Both the position numbers and the translations under genes were made by a program. Of a stretch of 61,350 nt of DNA, positions 38,601-47,932 are shown one piece after another (the stretch's first letter is position 1; each line of letters opens with the position of its first letter). The notes under the pieces are model-generated. The model saw nothing but the letters and a program-made list of their open reading frames with translations. It searched no databases and was not told the origin of the DNA. Source of the stretch: an uncultured Anaerolineales bacterium (lineage in GTDB: Bacteria; Chloroflexota; Anaerolineae; Anaerolineales; UBA4823); NCBI GenBank assembly GCA_937968125.1, contig CALBUI010000046.1:1-61350 (forward strand), in the 5' to 3' direction.

Positions 38601-39847
38601 GATTGCGCCTTCTCAAATTTTTTCAAGATTATCGTGGCGTTGTGACCACCAAAACCGAAGGAGTTTGACATAACATAATCAACCTGCTTCTGGCGAGGTT
38701 CATTGGGGATGTAATCTAAATCACACTCGGGATCCGGAACTTCATAGTTTATGGTGGGAGGCATAATGTCGTTCTGGAGGATTTCCACCGCGAACACCGC
38801 CTCTACTGCTCCTGCTGCGCCAAGCAAATGGCCTGTCATAGATTTGGTGGAAGACACTGGCAGCTCGTAGGCATATTCCCCAAAAGCTGATTTTATGGCT
38901 GCTGTTTCACTTTTGTCATTTAACGGAGTTCCAGTTCCGTGGGCATTGATGTAGTCGATATCCTGTGGGTTGATACTGGCATCTTCAAGGGCCAATTTCA
39001 TACAGACCGCTGCACCAGAGCCGTTTTCCGCAGGGGCTGAAATGTGGAAGGCATCATTTGTGCTGCCATAGCCGACCAATTCAGCCAGGATGCGTGCACC
39101 TCTGGCCTCGGCGTTTTCAAGGGATTCCAGCACCAGGATCGCAGCCCCTTCGCCCATGACAAATCCAGTCCGATCGAGGTTGAACGGACGGCTGGCCTGG
39201 CTTGGATCACCATCGTAAGTCGACATGGCCCCCATTTTTGAAAGGCCTGCCATCGCAAGGGGCACGATTGCAGCTTCACATCCACCAGCCAGCATGACAT
39301 CAGCCTGACCGCGGCGGATAATTTCGCTCGCTTCTCCAATAGCATTCGTGCCTGTCGCGCAGGCTGTCACCACTGCAAAATTCGTACCTTTGATGCCCAT
39401 ATTAATCGCGATCCTTCCCCCTGGAGTGTCAGGGAGCATCATTGGCACAAGGAAAGGACTTACCCGGGAAGGTCCCCTTTCTGTGAAATTTCTAAATTGA
39501 TCATAGAGAGTTTCAATTCCCCCAATTCCTGTCCCGACTACTGCTCCGATGCGATCGGAATTTTCTGCGGTAATTTCAAGCTCTGCATCTTGTACAGCTT
39601 CTTGCGCAGCTGCCAGGGAAAATTGCGTGCTGCGATCCATGCGTCTTGCCTCTCGAGCCCCGAACAAGGACCTCCCATCAAATCCTTTTACCTCCGCAGC
39701 AATCTTGCAATCATATTCTGTTGTATCGTAATAAGTTATTAAGTCGATCCCGGCTTTTTTCTGGAGTAAAGTATCCCAGGTTGTTTCTACGTCATTTCCG
39801 AGCGGGCTGATGCACCCAAGGCCCGTAATGACCACGCGTTGATCCAT
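38597..39847 (-). CDS. fabF: Beta-ketoacyl-ACP synthase II
   Basis: TACATG, NAHGTGT, KSMTGHLLGAAG, NSFGFGGHN. Confidence 0.97.
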   Translation of the reverse strand: MDQRVVITGLGCISPLGNDVETTWDTLLQKKAGIDLITYYDTTEYDCKIAAEVKGFDGRSLFGAREARRMDRSTQFSLAAAQEAVQDAELEITAENSDRIGAVVGTGIGGIETLYDQFRNFTERGPSRVSPFLVPMMLPDTPGGRIAINMGIKGTNFAVVTACATGTNAIGEASEIIRRGQADVMLAGGCEAAIVPLAMAGLSKMGAMSTYDGDPSQASRPFNLDRTGFVMGEGAAILVLESLENAEARGARILAELVGYGSTNDAFHISAPAENGSGAAVCMKLALEDASINPQDIDYINAHGTGTPLNDKSETAAIKSAFGEYAYELPVSSTKSMTGHLLGAAGAVEAVFAVEILQNDIMPPTINYEVPDPECDLDYIPNEPRQKQVDYVMSNSFGFGGHNATIILKKFEKAQS

Positions 39848-40002
39848 TCTTTTCTCCTTCCTGCACGTAATTCAACCATTAAAAACGCGCTTAAATTAAA
39901 AATATTTTTCAGACACTAATAATATGAAAATCCGATCAAGACAAATTTAGGTGATATAACACCATGCCAGCTAAATGGAGGCGGCAACCAGTAAACAATA
40001 GT

Positions 40003-41253
40003 TCAGGTACCCAAATTCAAAGTTCTCGCAGCACCTAATACTTGTGGTGAGATCTCCTCCAATGAGTTTTTTGCTTGCCGGACATGGAGGCGATCGTGAC
40101 CAACGATTATGCTGACTAACTCCTTTAAATTCGTAGGTCCAAAAATCGCATGCCGGGCTGGTTTCTGCCAGTCATCAGAGTTTAATCCATCTAATATCTC
40201 AAGCAGCTTCATCCGAGAAAGAATGAAGTCTTGCAATGCTTGCGGGCCATTTTGACAGTAGTAAAGTCTCTCTTCCGCCCATTTGTCAGAATCTATGCCT
40301 GGCAAGAAAGGATTATCATCTTCCAGCACTTTATTCACTCTGGGGGTATTAACTTCAGTGTCCACATCCCGCATATGACAGATAATCTCTGTGAAATTCC
40401 ATTCGCCTGGTTCGGGATGTTCTTGCCAGCTGACAGTTTCTAAATCTCTTGCAAATGAGTTCAGGACAGCTGGAGTAGCCCTGAGGACCGCTTGCATGGC
40501 TTCAACCTGGCTGAAATCTGGTTCGTGGATTTCAAGGGGAGTGGCATCTATCCAGGGGAGTAAATCCTCTAAATTTCCATATCCTTTGGAGTTATCAAAC
40601 TCACTTTCGATTACTTGCTCGCCATTGGTAACCCAGAATGTACCAATGCCAAGCTTTTGAGCGGGAACTATATCGTGCTCGATATTATCCCCAACCATGA
40701 CCACGGGTCCTTCGGGCCAACCGAGTAAAGACAGCGTCTCAGTAAAAAACGCCGGATTGGGTTTGGCAAAATACGAAGTTTCATAGGAAGGGATCAAACT
40801 AAATGGATACTGGCCTGGAGACAAACCTGCCCATTCCAGCCGCTGAAGGATGGCAGTGAGTGGAAATAGTGGATTTGTTGCTATGCCTACTGAGTAGCCC
40901 CGGCGGAATGCTTCCTTTACCATGCTGACAGCTTCAGGACGGAATTGGGTTAGTCTTTTTAGTCTCGGGAACACTTCTGAATAAAACGAATCGAAACGGT
41001 CAGTGAAATTTTGTGGGTCGAATCCTACTTTGGTGTAAAAAGCTCGATCAAAAACCTGTTTAAGTGACCGGTCAGGACGCTGATTTTCAAGCATTTCTTG
41101 GGTGGATGACAGGAGCGCCGGCAGCATTTCCTCCGGTGAAATGATATCAGCCAGGTGATCTCCCAGGGCTTGCAGGTAAGCTGGGATGAATGTATCCATG
41201 CTGTTTCCCAAACAAGTGTCGTCGAGATCAAGCAATAGAACCAGGGACATCAA
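40003..41253 (-). CDS. HAD-family hydrolase fused to DinB_2-like domain
   Basis: DLDDT, ATNPLF, KPNP, GDNIEHDI; C-terminal WNFTEIICHMRD...GHDRLH. Confidence 0.85.
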   Translation of the reverse strand: MMSLVLLLDLDDTCLGNSMDTFIPAYLQALGDHLADIISPEEMLPALLSSTQEMLENQRPDRSLKQVFDRAFYTKVGFDPQNFTDRFDSFYSEVFPRLKRLTQFRPEAVSMVKEAFRRGYSVGIATNPLFPLTAILQRLEWAGLSPGQYPFSLIPSYETSYFAKPNPAFFTETLSLLGWPEGPVVMVGDNIEHDIVPAQKLGIGTFWVTNGEQVIESEFDNSKGYGNLEDLLPWIDATPLEIHEPDFSQVEAMQAVLRATPAVLNSFARDLETVSWQEHPEPGEWNFTEIICHMRDVDTEVNTPRVNKVLEDDNPFLPGIDSDKWAEERLYYCQNGPQALQDFILSRMKLLEILDGLNSDDWQKPARHAIFGPTNLKELVSIIVGHDRLHVRQAKNSLEEISPQVLGAARTLNLGT

Positions 41254-41580
41254 TCACTCCGTGAAAATGGGCGGCAAGGGATGGCATTCACCACAACCGA
41301 TCTTTGGTTCGGCAACATCCCGGAGAGTTTTGCTGCAGTAAGCCTTCACCCGCACCACCTTTTTGATATAAGGGAACGGGCGCTCTACACTTCCTTCGAG
41401 AATCATATTGGAGCATGCATTAGCAAGTTGAATTTCTGGTACTGGACAGGAGAAACAGAGATCAGGAGTCCAATTTTGTGGGGGGGAGGCCGCCAATAAC
41501 AAGCGACATTCCTCGTGATCGCGGCCTCGATAATAGTCCCCATAAAAATAGCTGCATTCTTTTCCCGCGGGTGTTTCCAT
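41254..41580 (-). CDS. Hypothetical cysteine-rich protein
   Basis: 108 aa, 8 Cys including CxxC and CxxCH; 11 nt downstream of efp and abutting the HAD gene. Confidence 0.8.
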   Translation of the reverse strand: METPAGKECSYFYGDYYRGRDHEECRLLLAASPPQNWTPDLCFSCPVPEIQLANACSNMILEGSVERPFPYIKKVVRVKAYCSKTLRDVAEPKIGCGECHPLPPIFTE

Positions 41581-41591
41581 GGATATATCCG

Positions 41592-42149
41592 TTAGACTCG
41601 GGTGATATAAGTGCCAGTGCGGGTATCGACGCGAATCACATCGCCTGCCTCGATGAAATTTGGCACCTGAACTTTTAGACCGGTTTCTGTTGTTACTTTC
41701 TTGTTTACCCCCGTTGCAGTATCTCCGCGAACAGCGACTTCTGCTTCAACCACATTCAAATCGACAGTGATCGGTAGCTCGATATCGATCGGTTCATTTT
41801 GATAAAATGTGAGCTTGATACTTAGATTCTCTATAAGATAATTGGCTGCTTCCCCAATCACCTCAGCTGGAATTGCCGGCTGCTCGAAGGTGTCCTGATC
41901 CATGAAGTGATAAAGGGACCCATCCGAGTAAAGGTATTCAACATTATGATATTCCAAATCCGCTTCCTGGACCCGATCGCTTGAGATAAATGATTTGTCG
42001 AGGATAGTTCCCGTGCGCAAATTTTTTGCTTTGATACGGATCGTGGCTTTTCCGCGACCTGGTTTATGATGCTCATACTCTAATACTTTGAAGAGCCCAT
42101 TATCCAATTCAAAAGTAACGCCTTTTCGAAGCTCATTTACATCAATCAT
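41592..42149 (-). CDS. efp: Elongation factor P (Arg32, PGRG loop)
   Basis: HHKPGRGKA loop, YLY.DG..YHFMD..TFEQ, RGDTA, ETG...VP.FI..GD...VDTR. Confidence 0.97.
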   Translation of the reverse strand: MIDVNELRKGVTFELDNGLFKVLEYEHHKPGRGKATIRIKAKNLRTGTILDKSFISSDRVQEADLEYHNVEYLYSDGSLYHFMDQDTFEQPAIPAEVIGEAANYLIENLSIKLTFYQNEPIDIELPITVDLNVVEAEVAVRGDTATGVNKKVTTETGLKVQVPNFIEAGDVIRVDTRTGTYITRV

Positions 42150-42315
42150 TTTTCATTCCTCATACTTTTTCAGAGAAGGTTCGCGGCAGGATTATAGCCC
42201 AGCGTAAGAGGCATGACAAGGGCGAGATGATTTGGCGAGCAGAAACTGCATGCCTTCCCACTTATGGTACACTAATCGGTGCCTAAATTCCAAGGCTCTG
42301 ATCGAAAAGGTGGAA

Positions 42316-42705
42316 ATGGATAAGCCAACAAGGAAAGTAATTTACTTTGAAGACGACAAAGATATGGTTGAGCTGGTACGGATAATCCTCGGTCGAGAGG
42401 GTTATCAAATAAATGGTGTTGCAGAGGGACACGCTGGCATTAAAGCTGTCCAGCAAGAGGCTCCAGACATAGTTTTGTTAGATCTTATGCTTCCCGATAT
42501 GGATGGATGGGAGATCTACCAGCAGCTTAAGCACGATGATTCTACGGCAGACATCCCGGTAATCGTCATTACTGCCAAAGCCCAGAGCATCGATAAAGTA
42601 TTGGGATTGGAGATCGCCAAAGTGGATGATTATATCTCCAAACCATTCACCCCCCAAGAACTGATTGAGAGGGTAGACAGGGTGATAACTGGCCGAAAAA
42701 ACTGA
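42316..42705 (+). CDS. Single-domain response regulator (CheY-like)
   Basis: EDD, LLDLMLPDMDG, ITAK, KPF. Confidence 0.92.
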   Translation: MDKPTRKVIYFEDDKDMVELVRIILGREGYQINGVAEGHAGIKAVQQEAPDIVLLDLMLPDMDGWEIYQQLKHDDSTADIPVIVITAKAQSIDKVLGLEIAKVDDYISKPFTPQELIERVDRVITGRKN

Positions 42706-42777
42706 TCAGATGCGACATGATAAATTGGTGAGCATCCCTCAAAAACTCGAGGGATTTATGTTTTAATTAGTAAATAG

Positions 42778-44220
42778 ATGAAGATTTTTCGAGGATCAAT
42801 CCTGTTGAGATACCATCGGTTGGCTATTATTATTGCAATCCTGCTGGTCGTGATTCCACTGATTCCAGGCGAAATTGCGGCCAGAGCCCAGGAGGCTGAA
42901 CCAAGTGGACCAGTTTACATCGTCCAAGAGGGTGATACTCTCTGGGATATTGCCCAAAGATTTGGGGTTCCTTGGGAGGATTTAGCCCAGGAGAACGAAA
43001 TCAGTGATCCCGGTCAGCTTTCTGCTGGCGATGAATTGGTTATCCCTGGTTATGCTGGTGCCGCAGGTGTGCTGGTAACCACTCAGGTCCCTTTTGGTGA
43101 AAACCTGCGCAGTTTAAGCCGCCGTTATCATCTCCCCCAGGAATCGATCATCCGGCTAAATCACCTGACCAGCCCTGCAGAATTGTACCGGGGCTATGAC
43201 CTGGTCATTCCAGAGAGTAATCAGGTAGACCTTTTGGTTGACCGGTTAGCCATATCGGGAGGTCAATCATTGCTCGAGCTGGCAATCACCAGCGGCATCA
43301 ACCCTTGGGAGTTCGTGGTAGGGAATGAACTGGCAGGGACTTGGAGTGCAGTACCAGGAGATGTAATGCTTGTCCCCAACTTGGATTCTGTTAATGGTCC
43401 AGGGAGTTTACCAGGTGAGATTTCCGGCTTGCAGTTTTCCCCAAACCCGCTGATCCAAGGGGAAACCTCAGTTCTACATGTAACCTCATCCGAGGATATG
43501 GAGGCTGGTGGTTCGCTGATTGGAAACCAGCTAAACTTCTTCCCATACGAATCTGGAGAGTATGTGGCGCTGCAGGGAATCCACGCTTTAACAGAACCTG
43601 GCCTTTACCCGCTTACCATTGAGGGGGAGCTGGCCAATGGGGTGCCGTTTGGATTTTCGCAAAAAATCTTTGTTGAGGCTGGAGACTTTATCTTTGCTTC
43701 GCTGGAAGTCCCACCGGAGACGATTGATCCTGAAGTCACCAAACCCGAAGATAAAATCTGGTACAAGTTAGCCAAACCGGTAACAATGACTCGTTTCTGG
43801 AATGGAGTATTTCAAAGCCCAGTAGCGCCTGCACCTTGCGGCTATACTGATTTTTTCGGCAATCGCAGATCTTACAATGGCAGTCCTTATAACTTCTTCC
43901 ATACAGGTCTTGATTTTTGCTACAACTACAACACCGACGTGAATGAGATTTATGCCCCCGCGGATGGGGTCGTGGTCTTCGCGGGACCTTTGATCGTCCG
44001 GGGGAATGCGGTTATGATCGATCATGGATTTGGTGTTTACAGTGGGTATATGCACCAGGAGGAGATCCTGGTTGAAGAGGGTGATCAGGTGGAAACTGGA
44101 CAGGTCATTGGTATTGTAGGGGAGACTGGACGGGTAAATGGTCCTCACCTGCATTTTGAAATCTTTGCAGGTGGAGTTCAAGTCGATCCGTTAGACTGGC
44201 TCGAAAGATCGTTTCCTTAG
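42778..44220 (+). CDS. LysM + M23 peptidase, secreted
   Basis: Signal peptide; YIVQEGDTLWDIA LysM plus further LysM-like repeats; HTGLD and HLH zinc motifs. Confidence 0.92.
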   Translation: MKIFRGSILLRYHRLAIIIAILLVVIPLIPGEIAARAQEAEPSGPVYIVQEGDTLWDIAQRFGVPWEDLAQENEISDPGQLSAGDELVIPGYAGAAGVLVTTQVPFGENLRSLSRRYHLPQESIIRLNHLTSPAELYRGYDLVIPESNQVDLLVDRLAISGGQSLLELAITSGINPWEFVVGNELAGTWSAVPGDVMLVPNLDSVNGPGSLPGEISGLQFSPNPLIQGETSVLHVTSSEDMEAGGSLIGNQLNFFPYESGEYVALQGIHALTEPGLYPLTIEGELANGVPFGFSQKIFVEAGDFIFASLEVPPETIDPEVTKPEDKIWYKLAKPVTMTRFWNGVFQSPVAPAPCGYTDFFGNRRSYNGSPYNFFHTGLDFCYNYNTDVNEIYAPADGVVVFAGPLIVRGNAVMIDHGFGVYSGYMHQEEILVEEGDQVETGQVIGIVGETGRVNGPHLHFEIFAGGVQVDPLDWLERSFP

Positions 44221-44492
44221 CTGCTTTCACCTTCCTCAGAATCCAAATTATCATCAACCTCGAAATTCCCGGCATAATAGTCGTCCACAATTTCTTGAGC
44301 TGCTTCTTTTTGGTTTTCCGGAACCAATATCTGCACCTCACCGAGTGGTCCGAGGCTTAACCCTACAGCCTTACCAGCCCCTTCCTGGTTTAGAAAAACT
44401 TTAATCCCCTGCGCCTCTAGCAAATTGCGGACTAAACCGGCTTGAAGTTCGCCGGATACCTCCGTGACCACTACCCATTTATCATCCGTCAT
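44217..44492 (-). CDS. DUF2007 / putative signal-transducing protein
   Basis: QAGLVRNLLEAQGI.V...GEVQILVP....AAQEI pattern; RBS GGAG before ATG 44492. Confidence 0.82.
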   Translation of the reverse strand: MTDDKWVVVTEVSGELQAGLVRNLLEAQGIKVFLNQEGAGKAVGLSLGPLGEVQILVPENQKEAAQEIVDDYYAGNFEVDDNLDSEEGESS

Positions 44493-44633
44493 TTCAACTC
44501 CTTTTTTTAGCAGCAATTGTGATTACGACCTGCTGCGCCAATTTTATTCATAGAGTATAATTATAAGCTAGCAAATCAGCACGAACTTTAAATCTAATAT
44601 CGGGGTTCAGGCTGATGTTTTTGCGAGGAAATT

Positions 44634-46217
44634 ATGGTTATGGCAACACTGTCACTCCGGGAAGATTATTGGGAAACCTTTACTCTCCAGGAGCAGGACA
44701 TCGAATTTATATACAATTATCTTTTAGATATTGAAACGCCTCTGACACCAAACGAGCTGGTCGTCGCTTTAGTTGAGGAACGGATTCGCCGGGAAATTGA
44801 AGATTTTGAGAATCAGCGCACCTCTGCTGGGGATCTCTACTCTCCCAGCGGTAGTTTCACTGAAAACCAGAAATTAATTTTTCCGGCTATGGCATGGCGC
44901 CAGGGAGAGGTGATTGGATCGCGGCAGGGAGTTAATCCTGATACTCCGAATTTAAAAGTGATCGCAGTCAAGTTCGAAAATGGCGAAGAGCGCGAATTTG
45001 CTAGTGAGCTCGCCGATCATGTTTTGAACGATCCGCCAGAAATTAGCCAAGAAGGTGAGCTGCTCAACGAGCAGTTCGTCATTGAGACATACAATGGTCA
45101 GTTGGTGGAAAGTTTGGAAGTGGGACTAACCGCGAATGAAGATTTTGTGCGCATTGCAGGTCGCTGGTTCCCGCGGGCTTTATTGGTAGACGTTAATCAA
45201 GGGCACCTAAACCTGGCTGAAGCAGTGCTAGATATGGCTGGGGGTGGCCCATTACGGACCCAATCATTGCTGGAACAAGTCGAGCTGCCTTCTTCAGAGA
45301 ATCCGAAACTGGTTGAATTTTCGCTAGACCTCGGCTTAGAAGAGGATCCACGTTTTGATGAAGTAGGTCCAGCTGGCGAGGTTCTCTGGTATTTACAGCG
45401 TCTGGAACCAAAAGAGGTACTTGAGACACCCGTCTTCTTACGCTATCACGAGATCGAGCACGATCGCGATTTGATGACTGAGGAAATGCTCGCCTTGGAG
45501 CGAGACCTGGATGATGAACTTTCGCCAATCACATCGAATGGATCGCAGAGCGATGAAGTGGTGATCAGCTTGAATTTTCCTCACTGGAGGGTTGGTTCGT
45601 TACCCTTGTCTTCAAAACTCGACCACTTGTTCCCCACCGCATACGAAGCTCCGCGCATTCGTTTCATGCTCGAAGATCAAAAAAGTGGTGACACCTTTCC
45701 TGGATGGGTGGTGCGCGAGAAGCGCTATGTAATTGGTCTAAAAGATTGGTATGAAAGTCAGGGGCTGATACCGGGCAGCCAAGTACGCGTCCGGTTAGGA
45801 GATGATCCTGGGAAGGTAGTGGTATCGGCTGACTCACGCAGGTCGAGTAGAGAGTGGATTAGAACGGTTTTGATCGGTTCGGATGGTGGAACCGTTTTCG
45901 CGATGTTGAAACAAGTCGTTACGGCAGCCTTTGACGAGCGCATGGCGATCAAAGTCCCCGATGTCGAAGCTTTAGATTTGGTTTGGGAAAAATTACAGAA
46001 GGAGAGACCACCTTTTGAGCGAGTGGTGGTGGATATTGTCAGAGAATTAACCAAACTGAATCCGCAAGGACATGTCCATGCCAGTGAGTTGTACGCCGCG
46101 GTGAATGTAGTGCAAAGATGCCCGCCGGCCCCGATCCTGGCATTATTGGGTTCTCGACCCTGGTTTGTACATGTTGGCGACCTGCATTTCCGGTTTGATG
46201 ATTCGGAACAAGGGTAA
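44634..46217 (+). CDS. Uncharacterised multidomain protein (predicted wHTH and B3-like domains)
   Basis: 527-aa ORF with RBS GAGG; no known family recognised. Confidence 0.85.
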   Translation: MVMATLSLREDYWETFTLQEQDIEFIYNYLLDIETPLTPNELVVALVEERIRREIEDFENQRTSAGDLYSPSGSFTENQKLIFPAMAWRQGEVIGSRQGVNPDTPNLKVIAVKFENGEEREFASELADHVLNDPPEISQEGELLNEQFVIETYNGQLVESLEVGLTANEDFVRIAGRWFPRALLVDVNQGHLNLAEAVLDMAGGGPLRTQSLLEQVELPSSENPKLVEFSLDLGLEEDPRFDEVGPAGEVLWYLQRLEPKEVLETPVFLRYHEIEHDRDLMTEEMLALERDLDDELSPITSNGSQSDEVVISLNFPHWRVGSLPLSSKLDHLFPTAYEAPRIRFMLEDQKSGDTFPGWVVREKRYVIGLKDWYESQGLIPGSQVRVRLGDDPGKVVVSADSRRSSREWIRTVLIGSDGGTVFAMLKQVVTAAFDERMAIKVPDVEALDLVWEKLQKERPPFERVVVDIVRELTKLNPQGHVHASELYAAVNVVQRCPPAPILALLGSRPWFVHVGDLHFRFDDSEQG

Positions 46218-46276
46218 TTGGCAGGAGATAATTTGCAGCTGATTGGCTCACTATTGGGTTAGTCAGGAGGAGTGAA

Positions 46277-46714
46277 GTGACGGAACTAAAGCGTTTTAGC
46301 TTGGTTAAACCCAACCTGCAGACGCGTTTTCATATCGATTTTGATTGGTGGGGTCAAAATGATCGCAATTGGCGAGTAGATTTATTCAGCTTCTTGTGTC
46401 CGGAACATCAAGAGGCGTTTGCGGGAGTTCGGGATGATAACCTGATCGATTGGGTTGATCCAGAGACGGCAGAAGTTCAACAGGTTGATGGCCTGCAGCA
46501 CATATTGATCACCCATTGTGCCAAGCAATCCAGATTTATCGATGATAGAACCTCGCTGGTTGAATCAGCGTTCCGCTTGTTTTTATCAAATGGCAATACT
46601 CCCCTGACTCCGGTTGAACTTGCTGACCACCTGGGACGCTCTCCATCCGTGATCCTCCAGACTCTTTCTGGTCCCCGGGTATACAAAGGACTGCGCCCAT
46701 GCCCGGAGTGTTGA
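46277..46714 (+). CDS. Uncharacterised protein with C-terminal HTH-like region
   Basis: Strong RBS AGGAGGAG; CPEH...HC residues; PLTPVELADHLGRSPSVILQTL. Confidence 0.85.
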   Translation: MTELKRFSLVKPNLQTRFHIDFDWWGQNDRNWRVDLFSFLCPEHQEAFAGVRDDNLIDWVDPETAEVQQVDGLQHILITHCAKQSRFIDDRTSLVESAFRLFLSNGNTPLTPVELADHLGRSPSVILQTLSGPRVYKGLRPCPEC

Positions 46715-46728
46715 TAAAATATAGACAT

Positions 46729-46801
46729 GCCCCCGTAGCTCAAAGGACAGAGCAGAGGTCTTCTAAACCTAAGGTTGTGGGTTCGAATCCCGCCGGGGGC
46801 G
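46729..46801 (+). tRNA. tRNA-Arg (anticodon TCT)
   Basis: Acceptor GCCCCCG/CGGGGGC, D-arm GCTC/GAGC, anticodon loop CTTCTAA, T-loop TTCGAAT; CCA not fully encoded. Confidence 0.96.
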
Positions 46802-46946
46802 CCTCGGTGGGGGTATTGAGATCTACTCAAGAAGAGTATGAGAAAGTGTTGGTAGGTGATGTTCCTCATCCGATGGGATCTATGGAATTAGTTTGACAAT
46901 TAATGGCTGAGCGCTGGAAATTACTGGCGCTATTTGGAGGTATGAA

Positions 46947-47477
46947 GTGATGATTGAGAGAGAAGGTTTGTTCGAATTCAAAGGACAGGGTGTAACGATT
47001 GTTGGTGAAGATATCAAGGTTGGAGATCAGGCCCCGGAGTTCAATGCCCTTACTAGAGATTGGACATGGATGCCAGCTTTGGAAAGTACCGATGGGAAAG
47101 TCCGAATAATTGGATCCTTGCCATCATTAAGCACCTCAGTATGCGATCGTGAGACGAAAAAGTTTAACGATGTATCAACATCATTGAGCGATGATATCGT
47201 AATTCTGATGGTTAGCATGGATCTGCCATTTACTCACGGTCATTGGTGTAATGGGGCAGGTGTCGAAGATGTAATTACCCTTTCCGATCATAAGAGTACA
47301 GATTTCGGCCCAAAGTATGGCGTATTGTTGAAAGAGATTAACATTTTCCGCAGGGCTGTGTTTGTTACTGACCGGAGCGCCAAAGTAGTATATGTTGAAT
47401 ATTTACCGGTGCTTGGAGACGAACCTGATTACGAGGCTGTTCTCGAAGCAGCCCGCAACGCTTTGGATGCTAATTGA
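46947..47477 (+). CDS. tpx: Thiol peroxidase (Tpx-type peroxiredoxin)
   Basis: PSLSTSVC, SMDLPF...WC, LSDH, RAVFV, EPDY. Confidence 0.93.
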   Translation: MMIEREGLFEFKGQGVTIVGEDIKVGDQAPEFNALTRDWTWMPALESTDGKVRIIGSLPSLSTSVCDRETKKFNDVSTSLSDDIVILMVSMDLPFTHGHWCNGAGVEDVITLSDHKSTDFGPKYGVLLKEINIFRRAVFVTDRSAKVVYVEYLPVLGDEPDYEAVLEAARNALDAN

Positions 47478-47494
47478 AAGTAGGAGTTTGAACG

Positions 47495-47920
47495 ATGGAT
47501 GAGCTGGAACTACAATCAGAACCCTTACAGCCTCGCTGGTACAGCACTGAAGAGATCGAATCTTTGTCAGAAGGCGCAAACCGTTGGAGGAATGGTGTCC
47601 GTTCACCAATCTGGCGTCCAGCCACAGATCTATACGAGACAACGGATTCGATTATCATCAGAGTGGAGATAGCCGGGATGCGAGAAGAGGACTTCTCTGT
47701 CTCGCTGACTGGAAACCAGCTGTCGATTCGTGGAAACCGGACGGATATCCACGAGCGCCGTGCATATCACCAGATGGAAATATTCTTTGGAGAATTTCTA
47801 ACTGAAGTGGAACTCCCTGGACCAGTGGTCTCTGATGAGGTTAGTGCGGAATATGTCGCCGGATTTTTGCGATTGGTATTTCCGAAAGAAAAACCAACAA
47901 AGATAGATATCACTGAGTAA
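47495..47920 (+). CDS. Hsp20/alpha-crystallin small heat-shock protein
   Basis: P.TDLYET, EIAGM, EIFFGEF, AEY..GFL...PK. Confidence 0.92.
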   Translation: MDELELQSEPLQPRWYSTEEIESLSEGANRWRNGVRSPIWRPATDLYETTDSIIIRVEIAGMREEDFSVSLTGNQLSIRGNRTDIHERRAYHQMEIFFGEFLTEVELPGPVVSDEVSAEYVAGFLRLVFPKEKPTKIDITE

Positions 47921-47932
47921 ACGGTATAAACA

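Noticed and set aside
41278-41298. CxxCH as a c-type heme site
   Set aside because: No signal peptide or TM segment, and six other Cys; a cytoplasmic metal site is more plausible
46729-46946. tRNA-Arg as integration site of a genomic island
   Set aside because: No integrase and no duplicated tRNA 3' end seen; flanking genes are housekeeping
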